NCBI GenBank assembly: GCA_017961515.1
Contig: JAGCXC010000082.1
Coordinates: forward strand, 7,092-71,091
DNA: 64,000 nt
Source of the DNA: Clostridiales bacterium
GTDB lineage: Bacteria; Bacillota; Clostridia; Acetivibrionales; RGIG10202
Reading direction: 5' to 3'
Shown: positions 58,490 through 64,000 of the stretch, piece by piece
How positions within the stretch are numbered: the stretch's first letter is position 1
Layout of the letters: each line of letters opens with the position of its first letter
The notes under the pieces: generated by a model
What the model saw: the letters and a program-made list of their open reading frames with translations, nothing else
Told to the model about the DNA's origin: nothing
Databases searched by the model: none
Made by a program: the position numbers and the translations under genes

Positions 58490-58714
58490 GGATGATGTTT
58501 AAGTGTTAAATGTGGCCTGAACATATTTTCGGTAAAGGTATGTTGAAGTTGGTATGTGCTTACTGAAGTAAGGGAAAGTGAATTTGCTATTTTTTAATTT
58601 TTAGGAAAAAGTTTTCATATACTACAGAATTTTCAGTATTTTACGATACAGTAATTACAAAAAATGTTGTTGAACAGATTTGTATACTGTATGTGTTCTT
58701 GTGTTTTTTTGATC

Positions 58715-58743
58715 TTGACAAAAAAATGAGATTTTGGTATCAT
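58715..58743 (+). promoter_or_regulatory. Sigma-A type promoter upstream of radA
   Basis: TTGACA, 17 nt spacer, TATCAT. About 195 nt of leader follows. Confidence 0.5.
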
Positions 58744-58939
58744 GTGTATGTTATAAATGTGCGTTATGCTGAATTTGAGTCTCATGTATCTACGTTTTTG
58801 GATTGTAAGTTTTGTTGTTAGGAATTAAGGAATTATCAAAAAAGATCCGTTTAGATGAAAACGTAGGTGTCATGCAAATTTGTGGTAGATTTTTAAAAAT
58901 AAAGACTTATTGTGTAATTAGCAGGGAAATGAGGAGTAG

Positions 58940-60298
58940 ATGATGGCTAAATCAAAAGTGGTATATATCTGTCAGAAATGTGCGTATGAGACATCAAGAT
59001 GGCTTGGGAAATGTCCTTCTTGCAATCAGTGGAATACTTTTGTTGAGGAGGCAATAAGCAAGAACTTGAAGCAAGTATCGCCCAGTGTGATTGGAGTTAG
59101 ACCTTTTAAAATAAATGAAATAGAGATAGATAGTGAAGAAAGGTACAAAACAGGGATATCGGAGTTAGATAGAACGTTAGGTGGAGGACTGGTTAAGGGT
59201 TCATTGGTATTGGTAGGCGGTGATCCGGGAATAGGTAAGTCTACATTGATTCTTCAGCTATGTGAAAAGGTAGCGGTTGAGGGAAAAGTTTTATATGTAT
59301 CAGGTGAAGAATCGGTAAATCAGATAAAGTTGAGGGCTAACAGACTAGGGGTAGTAAACGACAATTTACTTATGGTATCAGAGACTAGATTTAATGTAAT
59401 TGAGGTCCTTATAAATAATGAAAAGCCGAAAGTTTTAATTATAGATTCAATACAGACTATGTATAATGATGAATTAACGACAGCGCCAGGTAGTGTAGGC
59501 CAAGTAAGAGATGTGACGTGTAGGCTCATGAATATGTCAAAGAGTGAAGGCATATCTACAATTATAGTAGGGCATGTTACAAAGGATGGTGCGATAGCTG
59601 GTCCTAGAGTTTTAGAGCATATGGTTGATACGGTATTATATTTTGAAGGAGAGAGAAATTTAACATATAGGATATTACGAGCAGTGAAGAATAGATTTGG
59701 ATCAACAAACGAAATAGGAATGTTTGAAATGAAAGAGGAAGGATTGGTGGAAGTAAAAAATCCTTCTGAAATAATGTTGGCAGGGAAGCCGGCCAATGCT
59801 GCTGGGTCAGTGGTAGTATCTAGTTTAGAGGGTACCAGATCTATGTTAGTTGAAGTACAGGCACTTATTACAAAAACAGCGTTTGGTTTATCGAGGAGGA
59901 CGGCAACGGGAGTAGATTATAATAGGGTCAATATGCTAATTGCGGTATTAGAGAAAAAAATAGGGATGCCTCTTAGTAGTTATGATGCTTATGTAAATGT
60001 AATAGGTGGGCTAAAGATAGATGAAACAGCGTGCGATCTTGGTATAGTGGCAGCGATAATGTCTAGCTTTAAGAATGCATCAGTTGATGGGAAAATAGTA
60101 TTTGTAGGAGAGGTTGGTTTAACAGGAGAGGTAAGAGCAGTTAGCCAGGTAGAAAAGAGGATAATAGAGGCAGAGAGATTAGGATTTGATATGGTTGTTG
60201 TTCCGCTTTCTAATGTGAAGGTATTAGACAACAAAAATATTAACATAAAGGTAAAAGGAATATCTAATGTACAAGAATTGATAAATATAATTTTATAA
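58940..60298 (+). CDS. radA: DNA repair protein RadA/Sms
   Basis: Zinc ribbon CQKC...CPSC, Walker A GDPGIGKST, KNRFG motif, Lon-like C-terminus. Confidence 0.95.
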   Translation: MMAKSKVVYICQKCAYETSRWLGKCPSCNQWNTFVEEAISKNLKQVSPSVIGVRPFKINEIEIDSEERYKTGISELDRTLGGGLVKGSLVLVGGDPGIGKSTLILQLCEKVAVEGKVLYVSGEESVNQIKLRANRLGVVNDNLLMVSETRFNVIEVLINNEKPKVLIIDSIQTMYNDELTTAPGSVGQVRDVTCRLMNMSKSEGISTIIVGHVTKDGAIAGPRVLEHMVDTVLYFEGERNLTYRILRAVKNRFGSTNEIGMFEMKEEGLVEVKNPSEIMLAGKPANAAGSVVVSSLEGTRSMLVEVQALITKTAFGLSRRTATGVDYNRVNMLIAVLEKKIGMPLSSYDAYVNVIGGLKIDETACDLGIVAAIMSSFKNASVDGKIVFVGEVGLTGEVRAVSQVEKRIIEAERLGFDMVVVPLSNVKVLDNKNINIKVKGISNVQELINIIL

Positions 60299-60310
60299 GG
60301 GGTGATATGT

Positions 60311-61381
60311 ATGGCAGAGTCGGACATGATGGAAGTGTTAAAAATATTAGCACCAGGAACACAGCTAAGAGATGGATTAGAGAACATTTTAAACGCAAAG
60401 ACAGGAGCCTTAATTGTTATAGGAGATTCTCAGGAAGTACTGTCGCTGGTGGATGGAGGGTTTTATATAAATAAGGATTACTCTCCGACGTATATATACG
60501 AGCTAGCAAAAATGGATGGTGCGGTTATATTGAGTAAAGATTTAAAAAAGATTTTGTACGCAAATGCCATGTTAATTCCCAATTCTACTATACCTTCGGA
60601 GGAGACAGGTACGAGGCACAAGACTGCGGATAGGGTTGCAAAGCAAACAAGAGAGCTTGTTATAAGCATATCATCCAGAAGAAGTATTATAACTTTATAT
60701 AAAGGTAATAAAAAATACATATTGAAGGATGCAGCAAGTGTACTAACTAGAGCGAACCAGGCGTTGCAGACGCTGGAAAAATATAAGACAGTGCTAGACA
60801 ATTCGCTAACAGCCCTAGGAAGATTAGAGTTTGAGGATGAAGTTACATTAGAGGATGTATTAAAGAGTTTTCAGCGTGTAGAAATGGTGTCAAAGATGGC
60901 GTCGGAGATAGAGGGCTATATATGTGAGCTGGGAACAGAAGGAAGGTTAGTGCAAATGCAACTTACTGAACTTATGAATAATGTAGAGGATGAAGAATTG
61001 CGATTAATAGATGATTATATGATTGAAGATGCAGGGACTACTTCTATTGATTACAAGATGAGTTTGAAGAGATTTTCATATGCAGAGCTTATGGATTTAG
61101 CTAATATAGCGAAGGTGTTTGGTTATACATATTCTGCAAACTTAGATACACCAGTTTCACCAAAGGGATACAGGCTTCTTTGTAAAATACAAAGATTACC
61201 TCATAATATTGTTAACAATTTAGTGGAAAGATTTTCTAGCTTCCAGTCTATACTAAATGCGAGTGAAGATGAGCTAGATGATGTTGATGGTATAGGAGAA
61301 ATGAGAATCAAAGCAATAAAAGATGGTTTACAACAATTAGGTGAACAGTTGTTATTGGAAGATAAAAGACTAAAGATTTAA
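60311..61381 (+). CDS. disA: DNA integrity scanning protein DisA (diadenylate cyclase)
   Basis: DAC domain (GALIVIGD, DGAVILS, GTRHKTA) and C-terminal HhH (VDGIGEMRIKAI). ATG at 60311 follows AAGGGG. Confidence 0.9.
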   Translation: MAESDMMEVLKILAPGTQLRDGLENILNAKTGALIVIGDSQEVLSLVDGGFYINKDYSPTYIYELAKMDGAVILSKDLKKILYANAMLIPNSTIPSEETGTRHKTADRVAKQTRELVISISSRRSIITLYKGNKKYILKDAASVLTRANQALQTLEKYKTVLDNSLTALGRLEFEDEVTLEDVLKSFQRVEMVSKMASEIEGYICELGTEGRLVQMQLTELMNNVEDEELRLIDDYMIEDAGTTSIDYKMSLKRFSYAELMDLANIAKVFGYTYSANLDTPVSPKGYRLLCKIQRLPHNIVNNLVERFSSFQSILNASEDELDDVDGIGEMRIKAIKDGLQQLGEQLLLEDKRLKI

Positions 61382-61395
61382 AGAAGGATGATTAA

Positions 61396-63009
61396 ATGTC
61401 GTATGTAGCGCTTTATAGAAAATGGAGACCGTTAATATTTGAAGATGTAGTAGAACAAGAGCACGTTGTGCGCACTCTAAAGAACACTGTAAAGACAGGG
61501 CGGGTTGCGCATGCGTATCTTTTTTGCGGTACGAGAGGTACAGGGAAAACTACTATGGCGAAAATTTTCTCTCGTGCAGTTAATTGCCAAAATCCGGTGG
61601 ATGGGAATCCTTGTAACGAGTGTAGTGTGTGTAAAGGGATATTAGATGGAAGTAATATGGATGTAATAGAGATAGATGCTGCATCTAATAACAGTGTGGA
61701 TAATATAAGACAGATACGTGATGAGGTTTTGTATACACCGTCGCAGTCTAAATATAAAGTTTATATAATAGATGAGGTACACATGTTATCAACTGGTGCA
61801 TTTAATGCGTTACTAAAAACGTTAGAAGAACCACCAGGGCATGTTATATTTGTGTTAGCTACAACAGAGTCACATAAGCTGCCAGCGACTATATTATCTA
61901 GATGCCAGAGATTTGATTTTAGACGAATATCATTAGATAGTATTGTTGCGAGGTTAGACAGAATAGTAGAAAATATGGGTGTTTCGTGCGAAGAAAGTGC
62001 GTTAAGATTAATAGCTAAAGTTGCTGATGGAGCTCTAAGAGATGCTATAAGTATATTGGATCAATGTATATCACTGAATCAAAATGGAATAAAGTATGAT
62101 GAGGTGCTAGAAGTTGTGGGTATAGCAACAACTGAGTTTGTGTTAAACATTGTAGATGCTATGATAAATAAAGATATTGTTAGTATTGTAAGAGAGCTGG
62201 ATGAACTGGTCACTGAAGGTAAAGATGTGCTACAATTTTTGAGGGAACTTATTAAATATTTTAGGGATATGTTGATATGTAAAGTAACAAATAAGCCAGA
62301 AGATATAATAGATGTGTCTAGTGATGTGCTAATAAGGCTTAAAGAAAGTTGTAAAGAATTAGAGACAGAAACAATTGTGTTTATAATAAAGGAGCTTTCT
62401 TTATTAGAGGGGAAGTTAAAGTGGACTAAAAATCAAAGAATTTTGCTTGAGGTATCATTAATAAAAATATGTGAAGATAATTTTGTTAATGATGATATGA
62501 GCCTTGAAGATAAAATAAGTGCGCTTGAGACAAAGCTTAACCAGGTTGTAAGAGATGGAGTTAGGGTTAAAACAACGACAGGTGAAAGTAAACCGTTACC
62601 TAAAAAATCTTTGACTTCGCCGCCTGTGGCTAAAAAGAGGACAATAATGACTGCAGGGGAAGAATATGATGGTTGGGACTATATAGTGAATATGATAAAG
62701 AAAGCAAAAAAAATGGCGTTGTGGTCGTACATAGTGGATAGTAAAGCATTTATATTAGATAGTGATACAGTTGGTATAGTATTTAATAATTCAACGTCTT
62801 ACGAGATGGCAAAAAAATACGAAAACCTTAGTGTAATAAAAGAGTGCATAGATAAAAGAGAAGGAAGAGATGTTATAATAAAAACTGTGTACAAAGATAT
62901 GGAAGTGAAAGATAGTGCTTATGGGAAAAAGACAAAAGAAGATTTCGTGAGTAAGGCAAAGAGTATAGCAAGTGCTCATGATATAGAAATAAATATAGTA
63001 GATGATTGA
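61396..63009 (+). CDS. dnaX: DNA polymerase III gamma/tau subunit
   Basis: GTRGTGKTT P-loop, zinc module CQNPVDGNPCNECSVC, IDEVHMLS and the SRCQRF sensor. Confidence 0.95.
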   Translation: MSYVALYRKWRPLIFEDVVEQEHVVRTLKNTVKTGRVAHAYLFCGTRGTGKTTMAKIFSRAVNCQNPVDGNPCNECSVCKGILDGSNMDVIEIDAASNNSVDNIRQIRDEVLYTPSQSKYKVYIIDEVHMLSTGAFNALLKTLEEPPGHVIFVLATTESHKLPATILSRCQRFDFRRISLDSIVARLDRIVENMGVSCEESALRLIAKVADGALRDAISILDQCISLNQNGIKYDEVLEVVGIATTEFVLNIVDAMINKDIVSIVRELDELVTEGKDVLQFLRELIKYFRDMLICKVTNKPEDIIDVSSDVLIRLKESCKELETETIVFIIKELSLLEGKLKWTKNQRILLEVSLIKICEDNFVNDDMSLEDKISALETKLNQVVRDGVRVKTTTGESKPLPKKSLTSPPVAKKRTIMTAGEEYDGWDYIVNMIKKAKKMALWSYIVDSKAFILDSDTVGIVFNNSTSYEMAKKYENLSVIKECIDKREGRDVIIKTVYKDMEVKDSAYGKKTKEDFVSKAKSIASAHDIEINIVDD

Positions 63010-63050
63010 CTGCTCCCCATGATTAAACTCAGGGGATTCACACTCGTTTG
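63006..63050 (-). repeat. Third copy (stub) of the IS200/IS605-type right end, overlapping the dnaX stop codon
   Basis: gattgactgctcccCATGATTAAACTCAGGGGattcacactcgtttg aligns with 9860-9906. It has a compensated hairpin (tcccc/gggga). Its terminal TTGA (63006-63009) contains the dnaX TGA. Confidence 0.65.
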
Positions 63051-63102
63051 TAAGATAGAAAGATGAGTTAGAGAGATAAAAGACGTAATTTCAATTGATA
63101 TT

Positions 63103-63648
63103 ATGAAAAGAGGTTGTGTTTTGGAAGAGTTGAATATAGAACTTATGGATACAGAGTGGCCATTTGAATATATTGATCACGATAGAGAAGTTGTAAGAGC
63201 AATTGTTTTTGATGATAAGGGTTTGTATTATTTTGTTAAGGCAAATCGTGATGATGAGTTAGGTAAAGTATCTTGGATTGAAACGTCGGGTGGTGGAGTA
63301 GAAAAGGGAGAAGATCTTTTATCTGCTATCAAACGTGAGCTTAAAGAAGAATTGGGTGTAGAAGTGAGTATTATACAAAAAATAGGTGTCGTTAGCGATT
63401 ATTATAATGTACTACATAGGCATAACATAAATAACTATTATCTTTGTAAGGTGTGTTCATTTGGAGAGAGGAGTTTGACTAAGGCTGAAATGGATGATTT
63501 CCATTTATGCACGTTAAAATTTAATTATAATGATGCGGTAAGTGCATATAAGGAGTATAGTGGGACTAGATTGGGTAAACTTATTGTAAATAGGGAATTG
63601 CCAATATTAAAAAGAGCAAAAGAAATTATTAATATAATAGAAAATTAA
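63103..63648 (+). CDS. NUDIX hydrolase
   Basis: Nudix box GGGVEKGEDLLSAIKRELKEELGV. Confidence 0.8.
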   Translation: MKRGCVLEELNIELMDTEWPFEYIDHDREVVRAIVFDDKGLYYFVKANRDDELGKVSWIETSGGGVEKGEDLLSAIKRELKEELGVEVSIIQKIGVVSDYYNVLHRHNINNYYLCKVCSFGERSLTKAEMDDFHLCTLKFNYNDAVSAYKEYSGTRLGKLIVNRELPILKRAKEIINIIEN

Positions 63649-63729
63649 AGGTTTTTGGGCTTAATATTAAAAAAGTGAAATATATTTAAAAATTTATGAC
63701 CCAAAAAGCAAAAAATATATTTTTTACCC

Positions 63730-63758
63730 TTGCAAAGCAATAACAAATGTGGTAAAAT
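63730..63758 (+). promoter_or_regulatory. Sigma-A type promoter with no ORF downstream in the window (possibly the leader of an RNA operon beyond the edge)
   Basis: TTGCAA, 17 nt spacer, TAAAAT. The remaining 240 nt are non-coding and G/T-rich. Confidence 0.35.
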
Positions 63759-64000
63759 TCTTCTTAAGGATGTTGGAAGTGCTTCTTGTAATTTTAGTAG
63801 TATTGGAATTCTTTGGAATTATTTAGCCTTCTAGAAGGAACTTGTTTTTAGCTATAATTTAAGAAAGGAATGTCGATAATGTGTTTGTTTATTATTGACA
63901 GGTGTTTTGTTTTGTGGTAGTTATCACGGATCTTATGGGAAGTTTCATTTGTTTGATGGTCTGTGTTTTTATTAGTTATTGGTATTTTGTTAATATGTTT

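Noticed and set aside
62706-62713. A8 run in dnaX at codons ~437-439, matching the X XXY YYZ slippery pattern at a position similar to the E. coli tau/gamma frameshift site
   Set aside because: A-runs from Lys codons are frequent in this AT-rich genome. I see no downstream stimulatory hairpin, and frameshifting in Firmicute dnaX is not established. The -1 frame does stop after about 11 codons, so it could be tested by western blot or proteomics.
1-64000. Search by eye for CRISPR arrays, reverse transcriptases/retrons, restriction-modification genes, toxin-antitoxin pairs and prophage genes
   Set aside because: I found no regularly spaced direct repeats and no RT, nuclease-helicase, methyltransferase (other than tlyA) or phage structural motifs. 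Absence is by visual inspection only.

Overview
This is a low-GC Firmicute chromosomal segment, Clostridia-like and from an endospore former (sigG, spoIID, spo0A and abrB are present). Every credible gene lies on the + strand except one transposon remnant. The core content is: thiN, holA, abrB, recA, a P-type Ca2+ ATPase, rplM-rpsI, tsaE-tsaB-rimI, sigG, spoIID, a GtrA plus two GT39 glycosyltransferase cluster, tcdA, a PilZ protein, ynbB, sepF, tRNA-Leu, a cell-wall polymer locus (DUF5693-like, GT4-CsaB fusion, tagA), dxs-tlyA-nadK-recN, rluB, a pullulanase, spo0A, tRNA-Pro, radA-disA, dnaX and a NUDIX hydrolase. Lineage-specific material is interleaved with this core. It includes a 1067-aa ankyrin-repeat protein inside a gene block bracketed by transposon debris and tRNA-Leu. 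It also includes four large Lys/Glu-rich proteins of unknown function; two of them sit where spoIVB normally lies, upstream of spo0A, and one of those carries an in-frame stop. An orphan double-glycine-leader peptide gene has its own promoter and terminator. Three copies of an IS200/IS605-type right end are present: one is attached to a truncated tnpB, and one provides the dnaX stop codon. A 41-nt inverted repeat pair flanks the spo0A block. I saw no CRISPR array, no recognisable defence or toxin-antitoxin operon, and no rRNA gene. I cannot name a single clearly novel multi-gene system. The ankyrin block and the E/K-rich pair next to spo0A are the best candidates. All functional calls rest on motif recognition by eye, not on searches.
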